From contig CBFIJD010000009.1 of NCBI GenBank assembly GCA_965662845.1, positions 1-64,000 of the forward strand: a stretch of DNA of 64,000 nucleotides, read 5' to 3'. Shown in pieces: positions 37,764 to 47,482 of the stretch; position 1 is the first letter of the stretch, and each line of letters starts with the position of its first letter. A program made the translations under genes and the position numbers. The DNA comes from an uncultured bacterium. GTDB lineage: Bacteria > SAR324 > NAC60-12. The notes below the pieces were generated by a model. It made no database searches, was not told the origin of the DNA, and saw only the letters and a list, made by a program, of their open reading frames with translations.

Positions 37764-39074
37764 CTACAAGACGTTCGCCGCTAAGTCTGCCAGAGGCGAC
37801 CGCTCCCCGTACAACAAAGTCACGTGTCCTGCCAAAGAATACGGCTTCAGCCGCTCGACTAAGGTGTTTAAGCCGTTTGATCCCTGATTCACATAAGGAT
37901 TGTCGATTTGATGTGGGTCTCCCGTGAGCACAATTTTGGTGTCTTCTCCTGCGCGTGTAACGATCGTTTTCATCTCGTGAGGCGTGAGGTTTTGTGCTTC
38001 GTCAACAATCATATATTGATGCGGGATGCTGCGTCCTCGAATGTAGGTTAACGGTTCCACAGTGATAAAGCCTTGGTCCATCAGCTCTTGGTAGCCTTTG
38101 GTGGTTCCTTTGCGACCGGAGCTGCTGATGAGCAGCTCCAAATTGTCAAAAATGGGCTGCATCCAGGGGTCTAGCTTTTCATTCAAATCGCCAGGCAGAT
38201 AGCCGATGTCGCGCCCCATGGGAAAAATTGGACGAGAAACGAGCATACGAGTATAGCGATTTTCCATCAACATCAGGTGCAGGCCGACGGCAAGCGCCAA
38301 CAGGGTTTTCCCGGTCCCAGCCTTGCCGTTCAGAGTGACGATGGGAATCTCTGGGTCGAGCAGCAGTTCGAGGGCGAGGTGTTGTTCTGGATTTCGCGGA
38401 ATGATGCCCCACACGCCTTCATCATGCATGAATGGTCGCAAGTGCCCGATTCCGTGATCATAAATCGCCATTTCGGTGTCGTGCTCGTCTTCTTCATTGG
38501 TGATCAGCACGCCTTCATTGGGGAGCCATTCAATCTCACGGTTCAAGATGTGTCGGTCACGAAAATGCCGCAGGTCTGCGTTGCTGACGGTGACTCGATG
38601 GAGCCCGGCGTAGGGTTCGTCTTGCAGGCGGGCCCCGTCGTAGCTAATCGTCGGGATTTGCAGGACGTTGGCTTTCACACGGACGTTGGTGTCTTGCGTG
38701 ACCAAAGTGACGTCGGTGCGCTGCTTCATCAGGTTGTAAGCGACCAGCAGCGTGCGATTGCAGGAACGCTCCAAGTCTAGCTCTTCGGGGAACTCCACCA
38801 TGGTTGGGTTGCCCATTGGAATGAGCAGACGTCCCTCATTGGGGAGGTTGATGCCTTCGGTAAGGTTTCCTTGTTGTCGATACTGATCCAAAATTTGCGA
38901 AACTGTGCGAGCGCTGTTGCCGGTGGCGCTCATCACACTTTTGAATTTGTCGATCTCTTCAATCACATGTAGCGGCACCACGACATCCGCTCCGGGGAAT
39001 GCATTCACGGACGCTGGATCGTAGAGCAGCACGTTGGTGTCGAGCACATAAAGGGGAGCTTGAGGTTCTTCCAT
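37764..39074 (-). CDS. PIN-domain PhoH family ATPase (YlaK/PhoH2-like)
   Basis: YVLDTNVLL, VIEEIDKFK, GKAGTGKT, GYLPG, YIRGRSI, DEAQN, GDP.QID. Confidence 0.92.
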   Translation of the reverse strand: MEEPQAPLYVLDTNVLLYDPASVNAFPGADVVVPLHVIEEIDKFKSVMSATGNSARTVSQILDQYRQQGNLTEGINLPNEGRLLIPMGNPTMVEFPEELDLERSCNRTLLVAYNLMKQRTDVTLVTQDTNVRVKANVLQIPTISYDGARLQDEPYAGLHRVTVSNADLRHFRDRHILNREIEWLPNEGVLITNEEDEHDTEMAIYDHGIGHLRPFMHDEGVWGIIPRNPEQHLALELLLDPEIPIVTLNGKAGTGKTLLALAVGLHLMLMENRYTRMLVSRPIFPMGRDIGYLPGDLNEKLDPWMQPIFDNLELLISSSGRKGTTKGYQELMDQGFITVEPLTYIRGRSIPHQYMIVDEAQNLTPHEMKTIVTRAGEDTKIVLTGDPHQIDNPYVNQGSNGLNTLVERLKPYSLAGHVTLLYGERSPLADLAANVL

Positions 39075-39153
39075 GAGGGGGAGACAAGGAAAGGGTGAAG
39101 GCGCCTGTGTGCTAGCTTGAGCTTTCGCAAAAGATCGCTACAGTGAGCCGTTT

Positions 39154-40032
39154 TTGGCATGCCGCAGCCAACACGCCGTGAAAGATTCGAAGTGGGAACA
39201 AAGTTGCATGCGCTGCCAAATGTCAAGAAGAACCTCACCAACTTGCACCACGTGGTCACCTTTGTCAGCATCTGATCGCTCCTCATTACCTGTTCTCCCT
39301 GCCTCCCAAACGCCTGCTTGGGCCTCGCATTGGCGAGTGGCGCGCGCGACACAGCTGACGCTCGGGGTCTCTGCTCAAGCAGTACGCCACGCGTGGCAAA
39401 ACCGACTCACGCGGCAGCGCGCGGATGAACTCTTCCAGCGCTGGGCGCAGCGCTTGCTTATGTTGGTCAACACAAAGTACCAAATGTTCCACAGCACCCA
39501 GATTGAGCTGGAGCCCAATCGGCCGTATATGCTGATGAGCAACCACCGCAGTTTTTATGACATTCCGTTGCTGGTGGCGGCGTTTCCTTACTCCTTGCGC
39601 ATGATCGCCAAAAAAGAGCTGTTTCGCGTGCCCATTTGGGGCGCAGGCATGAACGCCGCAGAGTTCGTGTCCATGGATCGCACCAACCGCGAGAAGGCAC
39701 AGCGCTCGCTGGAGAAAGCTCGTCGACTAATGCAAGATGGCGTGATGCTTTGGATTGCTCCAGAGGGGACGCGCTCTCGAAATGGCCAATTGCAGCCGTT
39801 CAAAAAGGGGGGCTTCCTCTTGGCGTTGCAGACCGGCGCAACGATCATCCCCGTGGGGTTGCGAGGTACCGAACAAATTATGCAGCCCGATAGCTATCGG
39901 CTCACGCTGGGCTGTTCCACCGAAGTGCATGTGGGGACGCCCGTCGATGCTTCCCAATATTCTGTCTCTCAACGCGCGAAATTGATGCGTGAAGTGGAAA
40001 TCCAAATCCGTGCTTTGGCCGGAGAATCCTGA
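39154..40032 (+). CDS. plsC: 1-acyl-sn-glycerol-3-phosphate acyltransferase (true start probably downstream)
   Basis: NHRSFYD, AKKELF.VP, PEGTRS, FKKG.F. Confidence 0.85.
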   Translation: MACRSQHAVKDSKWEQSCMRCQMSRRTSPTCTTWSPLSASDRSSLPVLPASQTPAWASHWRVARATQLTLGVSAQAVRHAWQNRLTRQRADELFQRWAQRLLMLVNTKYQMFHSTQIELEPNRPYMLMSNHRSFYDIPLLVAAFPYSLRMIAKKELFRVPIWGAGMNAAEFVSMDRTNREKAQRSLEKARRLMQDGVMLWIAPEGTRSRNGQLQPFKKGGFLLALQTGATIIPVGLRGTEQIMQPDSYRLTLGCSTEVHVGTPVDASQYSVSQRAKLMREVEIQIRALAGES

Positions 40033-40062
40033 ACTTCTCACCTTTTTCACGAGCAACGTTTT

Positions 40063-40536
40063 ATGTCGTCCCGGATGCTTACAGGCCTGCAACCAGAAAC
40101 TCTGAGCGATCAACAGAAGACTTGGTTTGCGGTGGCGGTTTGTCACGCGATTGTCGCCGACGGCAACATCGACCCGAGTGAGTTGCAATACTTAGAGCAA
40201 GCGCTCTCGTTTTTGTCGTCTAAGTCGCAAGTTGATCAACTCGTGCAGAACGTCAAAGACCAAAAGCTTCCCAAGCTTGACCGGTTTCCGCAAGCCACTC
40301 GTGATTTAGAAGTGCGCATCTTCATTGAGCTGGCGCTCATTACCACGGTTGACGACGTGATCAGCACACGCGAGATCGACTTTTTGCTGACGATTGGACG
40401 CAAACTCGGCTTCGGACCTGAGTTCTCAAAAGTGTTGATTCGCTGGTCATCCGAAGGGATTATTTGGCGCACCAAAATGCACAAACTCATCAACGCAGGC
40501 ACCGAGCTCCCGCCTGAATATGCCGCAACTTCATGA
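40063..40536 (+). CDS. TerB-like protein
   Basis: AIVADGNIDPSELQYL and VDDVISTREIDFL..IGRKLG paired metal-binding helical motifs. Confidence 0.75.
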   Translation: MSSRMLTGLQPETLSDQQKTWFAVAVCHAIVADGNIDPSELQYLEQALSFLSSKSQVDQLVQNVKDQKLPKLDRFPQATRDLEVRIFIELALITTVDDVISTREIDFLLTIGRKLGFGPEFSKVLIRWSSEGIIWRTKMHKLINAGTELPPEYAATS

Positions 40537-41603
40537 TCCCAGTTTCTGAGAATCAGGCGACGACGATTCGGCTGCTCACATTCTTTGCAGGCGGCCTCTT
40601 TGTGATTGCCTGCGGATTCATTCTGCAGACGCTCTCCAGCATCCTCATCCCTTTCTTTGTCGCCCTCTTCTTAGCATACTTAGCTGAGCCGCTGCAGAAA
40701 GTGCTGACCCGCTTTCGCTTTCCCGCCAGTTTGCGCGTGCTGGTGGTGCTGCTGACATCTGCCTTGCTGCTCTATCTTGTGGGGCAGTTGGTTTTCAGCA
40801 GCGTCAACGCCCTCACGGCGAATTTGCCGCGCTACGAAGCGCGCGTGATGAACATGATCCAGCAGATCTCAAGCGCGTTAGACATTCCGCCTGCCGACTT
40901 GCAAAAGTTCATTGACACCTTTCAGTGGGGCGACCACCTGACTCCCAGCTCGATTGCCTCTTTGGTCGGACAGGGCCTCGGAAACTTCGTAGAGTTTTTG
41001 ACAAACCTGTTCTTGGTGTTGCTCTACCTGGTTTATCTGCTCTTTGAGCGAGAGACGTTCATTTTGCGTCTAGAGCGCTCGTTCTCGAAGCGGAGCGGAG
41101 CGGGGCCGCTCGTTCACGTGATTCATCGTATCAACGAGCAAATCGCGAGCTATCTCAATATCAAAACCGGCATCTCTGCGCTGACGGGAGCAGTGATCGC
41201 GGTGACGCTGTTGCTCTTCGGGGTGGACTTCGCGCTCTTCTGGGGGGTGCTCGCGTTCTTGCTGAACTTCATTCCTTCGGTGGGTTCCATCATCGCGACG
41301 CTGCCTCCGATTTTGATCTCCTTTTTGCAGTTTGAAACCTTCACGGAGCCGCTGGTGATCTCGGTGATTTTGATCTCTACGCAGGTTGTGGTTGGCAACG
41401 TGCTGGAACCCAAAGTGATGGGCGACAGCCTGGGCATGAGCCCGCTGATTGTGATTCTGGCGTTGATTTTTTGGGGCTGGCTTTGGGGGCCGGTGGGGAT
41501 GATCCTGTCGGTTCCGATTGTCTCGGCCTTCCGCATTGTTTGCGAAAATATCGAACCGTTGCGCCCGATTGGTCGCTTCCTCACAGACCCGAAACCCCAT
41601 TAG
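40533..41603 (+). CDS. AI-2E (PerM/TqsA) family transporter
   Basis: PF.VA.FLAY..EP, LLNFIP.VGS, GNVLEPK.MG..L.MSP, WGPVGMILSVP. Confidence 0.92.
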   Translation: MIPVSENQATTIRLLTFFAGGLFVIACGFILQTLSSILIPFFVALFLAYLAEPLQKVLTRFRFPASLRVLVVLLTSALLLYLVGQLVFSSVNALTANLPRYEARVMNMIQQISSALDIPPADLQKFIDTFQWGDHLTPSSIASLVGQGLGNFVEFLTNLFLVLLYLVYLLFERETFILRLERSFSKRSGAGPLVHVIHRINEQIASYLNIKTGISALTGAVIAVTLLLFGVDFALFWGVLAFLLNFIPSVGSIIATLPPILISFLQFETFTEPLVISVILISTQVVVGNVLEPKVMGDSLGMSPLIVILALIFWGWLWGPVGMILSVPIVSAFRIVCENIEPLRPIGRFLTDPKPH

Positions 41604-41614
41604 AGTGAGTCGTT

Positions 41615-42544
41615 ATGTTGCGCACTGCTGTGATTGGTGTTGGCTACCTCGGACGGTTTCACGCACAAAAATATGCGTCGCTACCGGATTGTGAGCTCGT
41701 CGGCGTTGTGGACTCGGATCCAGACCGAGCCGCGAGCGTGGCGCAAGAGGTTCAAACGCAAGCATTCAGCGATTACCAAGCGCTGCTAGGCAAGGTAGAC
41801 GCCGTGAGCATTGTGGTCCCGACGAGTCATCACTACGCGCTGACCAAACCCTTTCTGGAAGCGGGCACTCACGTTCTGCTTGAGAAGCCCTTTGCGACGA
41901 CTGTGGCAGAAGCGGAAGAGCTGGAACAGCTGGCCCAAACCAAAAACCTTGTGTTGCAAATTGGACACTTGGAGCGCTTCAACGTGGTGTTCACCGAGTT
42001 TCAGTCGCTCATTGATCGGCCGCGCTTCATCGAAAACATTCGCATCGCGCCGTTCCCTCAGCGAGCGACAGACGTGGATGTGATCCTCGACTTGATGATC
42101 CATGACATTGACTTAGTCCTCGCGGTCGCGGGAAGCATGCCGGTGAGCGTAGAGAGCACGGGCGTTCCCATTTTGACTCGCCACGTGGACTTGGCGCATG
42201 CCCGGTTGCGCTTTGCCGATGGCTGCGTCGCGAGTCTGACGGCTAGCCGCGTGTCAGACAAAGCGGAGCGCAAGATGCGAATTTTTCAATCGGGGCTGTA
42301 CCTCTCGCTCAATTATGGAACGGGCGAAGCGCGCAAACTACAGATTGATTTGGATGCAGAACTCCGCCCCGAAGATCTGCAACCAGAGACGTACCAGCTT
42401 GAACGCGGAGACGCTCTCATGCTGGAAGTTCAAGACTTCTTGCGCTGCGTGCGAGAAGGCGTGGCCCCACAAGTTTCTGCGCAAGACGGACGACAAGCTC
42501 TGCAAGTCGCGTGGGAAGTGAAGCAACAAATTGATCAGCTCTAA
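41615..42544 (+). CDS. Gfo/Idh/MocA oxidoreductase, GnnA-like (possible UDP-GlcNAc 3-dehydrogenase)
   Basis: GVGYLGRFHAQKY, LEKP, GHLERFN, DVILDLMIHDID, TASRVS. Confidence 0.8.
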   Translation: MLRTAVIGVGYLGRFHAQKYASLPDCELVGVVDSDPDRAASVAQEVQTQAFSDYQALLGKVDAVSIVVPTSHHYALTKPFLEAGTHVLLEKPFATTVAEAEELEQLAQTKNLVLQIGHLERFNVVFTEFQSLIDRPRFIENIRIAPFPQRATDVDVILDLMIHDIDLVLAVAGSMPVSVESTGVPILTRHVDLAHARLRFADGCVASLTASRVSDKAERKMRIFQSGLYLSLNYGTGEARKLQIDLDAELRPEDLQPETYQLERGDALMLEVQDFLRCVREGVAPQVSAQDGRQALQVAWEVKQQIDQL

Positions 42545-43653
42545 TGCTCACCCGCTCGCTATTTTTTCAGCTCATCCCCCCATATCTGCTGGCCGTGTTC
42601 GTGCTGACGTTCATCATGTCGATGGACACGGTCTATAAACTCATCAACCTGATCGTCTCCCGTGGGGTCGATGTGGGGAGCGTGGGGCGCATGCTGCTCT
42701 ATCGCATGCCGCAGTTCTTGTCGGTGACGTTGCCGATTGCGGTGGTGATCGCGGTGGTGGTGGTGCTGGTGCGCCTCTCGTCCGACTTGGAGATCACGGC
42801 GATGCGCGCCTCTGGAGTGAGTGCTTGGCAACTGGCGAAGCCCGTGCTGCTGTTTGGTGTGTTGGCGACGACGCTGGATTTGTCGATCACCTTGTGGGCA
42901 CAGCCTGCAGGCTACGCCGCGTATGAGGCGGAGACGATCAAACTCTTGAAATCCCAAACCGCCAAGACCGTGAAGCCCGGCGTGCTGAACTTCGATTTCA
43001 ACGGCAAAGTTCTCTATGTCGAGGAAAAGACGGAAGATGAAGAGCTGCGCGGGGTGTTCATTACAGATCGAGAGCTACGCCCGAACTCGCTCGTCTCTCT
43101 CTCCAACAGCGGCAGGATTGTTGTGCGGGATGAGGAACAGGATGTCCTGCTTCATCTCAAACAGGGAGAAATGCACACTGGCGACGAAGAAGGCGGCTAT
43201 CGCATCCTGCAATTTGAAGAGTTTCAATATCAGTTCCGCCCCCCCGCTATCGCAGACACTCCCGACCGCAAAGTGTGGGGGATCTCCACGCTTGAATTGC
43301 TAGAAAGAACGGATCTCTCCGCCCAACGCGAGATGCAACTGCGGTTGACGACTCCCTTCGCCTGTCTGGCCTTCGCCCTTGCCACCATTGGTGTTGGCAT
43401 GGTGGACCCGCGTCGCGGGCGTTCCAACGCCTATTTGCAAGCGCTCGCGCTGGTGGTGGCTCACTACATTCTGTGGTCGATGTGCAAAGAACTCACGACA
43501 GGCAAAGACAATCAAACACCTCTTGTGCTTTGGGTTCCCCCTGTCTGCATTCTCTGCTTCGGTCTTTATCAACTGCAACGCATCAACCGCAACTGGCCCG
43601 GTCCTGTCGAATGGCTTATCTCACAAATTTATCGCCCACGCCTCGCGCGTTGA
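42544..43653 (+). CDS. LptF/LptG LPS export permease
   Basis: RLSSDLEITAMRASGVS, periplasmic beta-rich domain, R...PFACL.F; about 6 TM helices. Confidence 0.88.
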   Translation: MLTRSLFFQLIPPYLLAVFVLTFIMSMDTVYKLINLIVSRGVDVGSVGRMLLYRMPQFLSVTLPIAVVIAVVVVLVRLSSDLEITAMRASGVSAWQLAKPVLLFGVLATTLDLSITLWAQPAGYAAYEAETIKLLKSQTAKTVKPGVLNFDFNGKVLYVEEKTEDEELRGVFITDRELRPNSLVSLSNSGRIVVRDEEQDVLLHLKQGEMHTGDEEGGYRILQFEEFQYQFRPPAIADTPDRKVWGISTLELLERTDLSAQREMQLRLTTPFACLAFALATIGVGMVDPRRGRSNAYLQALALVVAHYILWSMCKELTTGKDNQTPLVLWVPPVCILCFGLYQLQRINRNWPGPVEWLISQIYRPRLAR

Positions 43654-44294
43654 TCTCTCCAGTCTTTACCTGGTTTGCGCTGATTGCCCTCTCGTGGGGG
43701 ACGCCTGTGCTGGCTGTGACGCTGCAAGATGTGCAAGAGCGCTATCTCGCGATTCGTAGTTTTGCTGGAACCTTCACGCAACAGACAGCCTCCCTGAACT
43801 CAGAAATCCCGGTGCGGCAAGCCCAAGGAACCATCGCTTACGAACGCCCTGGCAAGATGCGCTGGGAATACGGCGCTCCTGAAGAACAGCTTCTGGTGAC
43901 CGATGGTGAGACGCTCTGGTTGTTTGATCCGCTGTTGGAGAATGTGACCATCCAAGCGTTGGCCGCCGTCACCGACGGAACGGCGCTGGCGTTTTTGTTG
44001 GGGGTGGGAGAGCTGACGGAAGATTTTACGCAACGGCGGGTGACGCAGTCGCTGTTGTCTGAAGAGGAAGGTTGGGAAGTGTTAGAGCTCGTGCCGAATC
44101 TGCCCGTGGCAAATGTGGAGTTTGTGCAGCTCGGCGTGGCGCCCGACACGGGCGATTTACAAGCCTTGCTCGTGATGGATCGCGCCGGCAGCTACCGCAC
44201 GATTGTGTTCCGCGATCTGAGCTATGATGTGACGTTGGACGCCGCGCTGTTTACCTTCGAGATCACGCCGCGCATGGAAGTGATTCGCCCCTAG
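43650..44294 (+). CDS. lolA: Outer-membrane lipoprotein carrier LolA
   Basis: F.Q, G....RPGKMRWEY..P.EQLLVTDG.TLWLFDP.LE.VT; TTG start overlapping the lptF stop, signal peptide. Confidence 0.88.
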   Translation: MISPVFTWFALIALSWGTPVLAVTLQDVQERYLAIRSFAGTFTQQTASLNSEIPVRQAQGTIAYERPGKMRWEYGAPEEQLLVTDGETLWLFDPLLENVTIQALAAVTDGTALAFLLGVGELTEDFTQRRVTQSLLSEEEGWEVLELVPNLPVANVEFVQLGVAPDTGDLQALLVMDRAGSYRTIVFRDLSYDVTLDAALFTFEITPRMEVIRP

Positions 44295-44561
44295 TTCTGT
44301 GCGCAGGGGGCGTTTTGACAGCAAACGTTGGTCTACCTAACAGCGCCCAAGCCTCTGCAACAGCCGCCTTGGCAGCCACTCCAAAAGATCTTTGGCGAAT
44401 CCAACACGCAGCCACTCACAGAGATGGGGCCGGTATCCGAGCAGAATGGGCGGCTTTCGTCACAAATAGTCCGAAGAGCGTCTCTTCGATGAGTTGCCTG
44501 AAGGCGAGCCCCCCAAACTCTTGGAAAGCTTGGGGCTGCGTCGGAGGACGTCGGAGAATGA

Positions 44562-47123
44562 TCAAAGGGATTCTTGGCGTTTGCTCGTCGTGATGTCGCG
44601 CGCGATGCCGATCATGAGGGAACTCTCGTCGATTTTTTGCGAGCTGCCAAAGATTTCGACCCAGCGGATCTGATCGTCTGGTAGCTGAAGGCGATAGACC
44701 GCGTTGGCATTTTCCCCGGCCGCAATTTGTTCCCACAGCGCGCGCGCGATCTCTAGGTCGGCTGCATGAGTTTGGTGTAGCACCGCTGTGGTGGTCAAGA
44801 CCTCTGCTGTCGTGAGCCCAAATAGGTCGCGGAGTTGACCGCTCGGTTGCACAAACGTATGCGCGGTGAGGTCAACTTGAAACGAGACAAAGCCTGCAAT
44901 TTGGAGGCTCATCGCCAGCTCCCACAACAAGCGCTCCCGTCCTTGCTCTTGTTGTTCTTGCGACGTGATGTCTTGCACAATTCCCAACAGCTTCACTTGG
45001 CCGTGGCTCTCTTTGATTTCACTGCTCAGCTCCAGCCAGCGCAGTCCGCGTTTGGGGTGCTGAATGCGGAACCGCAAACGCGCGCTTTGATCGAGTCGCA
45101 ATTCCTCGGCGGCGCGTTGCACCATCGGCAAATCATCGGGATGCAGGTTCTCTAGCAGGTCGTCAATCTCGATCCAGTCAAAGCCCTCGACCCCAAACAA
45201 GTCCAAACAACGCCAGTCTGCTTGCACCTGCTCCATCTCAATATCGGGCTGCCAATAGACACCGAGACCGGCGACTTCTAGGCTCAAGTTCAGCTTGTCC
45301 AGCAGCTGCTCTCGTTCTCGTTGAACCTCTTTCTCGATGGTGATGTCGCGGGACAAACCGACGACGTAAGGCTGGCCATGGATGGTGCGCAGGTGTCGAT
45401 GCGTTCGGACCCAGCGCCAGCCACCTTGTGGGTGCTGAATGCGGACGTCAAAGACGCTGCGCTGACACCGCCCTCCCAACAAGTCTCGGTTGCTGCCTCG
45501 CACCATCTCTACGTCGTCAGGGTGCATGCGGGAGGTGATATCGGCGATGCTTATTTCATGCTCCGGCGCAAAGCCGACTAACTCTCGGAAGCGCTCGTCG
45601 GCTTCGGTGTAGCGCTCGGTGAGAGGATCTAAGCGAAAGGTTCCGAACTCTCCAGAGGCGATGCTCATCTCTAGGTTTTCTAGCAACTGCAGCCGCTCGT
45701 TCTCATGAGCCGATTTGTTCTCGTGAATGTCGCGCGCGATTGCGGAGACCTTGCGATGTCCATCAGCGATGCTCTGCATGGCGACTCCTTCCATCCAACG
45801 CCACGAGCCATCGGCTTGCAGGGTGCGATATTCCACGGTCTCGGGGTCATGCTTCCGAGCCCCACGGAGGATTCCCCGCAAAATTTCTGTGCGATCTTCA
45901 GGGTGAATGCGCTGGGTAATGAGCTGAGGGGTGGGGGGCTCTCCCCGCTCGGTGAGGCCATACAGCTCGCACATGCGGGCGTCAAACTGATCAAAAGTGC
46001 GTGTGCTCAAGTCAAACTGTTGAAAGCCAAATTTGCCGAGTCGCATGGCTAACTGTAAGCGACCGAGCAACAAAGCGTTCTCTTGTTCTGCGAGTTTGCG
46101 CTGTGTGATCTCGAAGCGAATGGCGAGGTAGCGTTCGGGGCGTCCGCGGTCGTCTTGGATGGGCACAATAGTGGTGTCGACCCAGTAGAAGCTGCCGTCT
46201 TTGGCTTGATTGCAGATCTCTCCGCGCCACACGTGACCACGGCTGATGGAGCGCCAGAGGTCGACATAGAGGTCGTCAGTGTGTTGCCCCGACTTGAGCA
46301 AGCGATGGTTCTGGCCGATCAACTCAGCGCGATCATAGCCGGAGATGTCGCAGAACTTGTTGTTCACATAAGTAATGCTGCCTCGCCGGTCTGTGATCGC
46401 GACGATGGCGCTTTGGTCAAGGGAGTATTGATAGCTCTCCAGCAGGCGCTGTGTTTGGTGTGACTCGGTGATGTCTTGGACGGCGCCAACGATCTCGGCG
46501 GTTCCATCGGGCAGGCGCTGCAAGGTGGCTTCGGTTTGCATCCAGCGCAACCCTTGAGAGGGCAGATGAACTTGAAAGATCAAGGGAGTGGGCTGCAAGC
46601 CAGCAGCGATATCTGCCAGCCACTGTTGGATGGGTGCGTGATCTGTTGGATTGACTCGCGTGAGCGCTTGCTCAAGATGAATCTCTGTCTGCGGAGTCAT
46701 TTCCCACAAAGGGTAGTGTTCGGCGCTCCACCACAGCTGTTGTTGCTCCACATGAAAGCGCCAATAGGCAGAGCGAATGAGCACACGCACGCGCCGCGAG
46801 AGCTGTTGTTCTTCTTGAAGCTCTCTGAGCAGGCGCTGCGGTTCTTCAGCGCGCTTGCGAGCGGCTGGGAGGTCTGTGAGCGCACCGCAGGAGTCGTCAC
46901 CGCCGCGTGTGCTGCGCTGCTGTGGGCGCTTGGGGAGGGGAGAGCTTTGGGGGGAGGGGCCCCGTTGCGGAGAGCTGGCGAGGTGCGTTTGCAGTTCGTT
47001 CAGGGCCCGAATGGCGGGGTCGTTCTCAGGGTTAGGGAGCGGTTCGAGGGGGTGGTCAAGCGGCATGGAGCCGAGCAACTGGAGACGCTCTTGAATTTGG
47101 CGAAGTTGGTTGGGAGACGGCAT
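44562..47123 (-). CDS. Multi-PAS protein (six PAS/PAC units) with no output domain
   Basis: Six units ending QDITE, FEITQ, RDIHE, RDITI, QDITS, RDITT; repeated HP.D and RW motifs; start at ATG 47123. Confidence 0.8.
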   Translation of the reverse strand: MPSPNQLRQIQERLQLLGSMPLDHPLEPLPNPENDPAIRALNELQTHLASSPQRGPSPQSSPLPKRPQQRSTRGGDDSCGALTDLPAARKRAEEPQRLLRELQEEQQLSRRVRVLIRSAYWRFHVEQQQLWWSAEHYPLWEMTPQTEIHLEQALTRVNPTDHAPIQQWLADIAAGLQPTPLIFQVHLPSQGLRWMQTEATLQRLPDGTAEIVGAVQDITESHQTQRLLESYQYSLDQSAIVAITDRRGSITYVNNKFCDISGYDRAELIGQNHRLLKSGQHTDDLYVDLWRSISRGHVWRGEICNQAKDGSFYWVDTTIVPIQDDRGRPERYLAIRFEITQRKLAEQENALLLGRLQLAMRLGKFGFQQFDLSTRTFDQFDARMCELYGLTERGEPPTPQLITQRIHPEDRTEILRGILRGARKHDPETVEYRTLQADGSWRWMEGVAMQSIADGHRKVSAIARDIHENKSAHENERLQLLENLEMSIASGEFGTFRLDPLTERYTEADERFRELVGFAPEHEISIADITSRMHPDDVEMVRGSNRDLLGGRCQRSVFDVRIQHPQGGWRWVRTHRHLRTIHGQPYVVGLSRDITIEKEVQREREQLLDKLNLSLEVAGLGVYWQPDIEMEQVQADWRCLDLFGVEGFDWIEIDDLLENLHPDDLPMVQRAAEELRLDQSARLRFRIQHPKRGLRWLELSSEIKESHGQVKLLGIVQDITSQEQQEQGRERLLWELAMSLQIAGFVSFQVDLTAHTFVQPSGQLRDLFGLTTAEVLTTTAVLHQTHAADLEIARALWEQIAAGENANAVYRLQLPDDQIRWVEIFGSSQKIDESSLMIGIARDITTSKRQESL

Positions 47124-47482
47124 GGTGAGATGAAGATTGTGAGAAAAATCGTGTGTAGACGTAGCGCACTCAACATACGAGCGAACGGCGGCAATCCGCA
47201 AACCTTATGTCAGAGTTGGATCAGGAAATATGTTCACACGCCGGCGCGTAGAGCTTCGGCTCTCTGTGATGCAGGGACTGAGCGCGCTGGGGGGATGCGC
47301 GGTTTTGGGGGAGATAAGAAAATTGAGACGGGTTTCTTGTTTTAGGAAATTCGACAAGACATTACGCTAGGATTCTGTTAGCGTCGCGAATTCTTCACGC
47401 CTAAAATGGTAGAAGATTTGATTCACGCGTATGATGCGTTGCAATTTTCTCAAGAAATAACAATCAAAGAGGGAGGCTTGTT

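Noticed and set aside
44416..44736. Alternative-frame ORF as a frameshifted continuation of the PAS protein
   Set aside because: Its translation has no HisKA, GGDEF or other output motifs and stops quickly
46476..47345. 289-aa plus-strand ORF
   Set aside because: Antisense to the multi-PAS gene with no domain features
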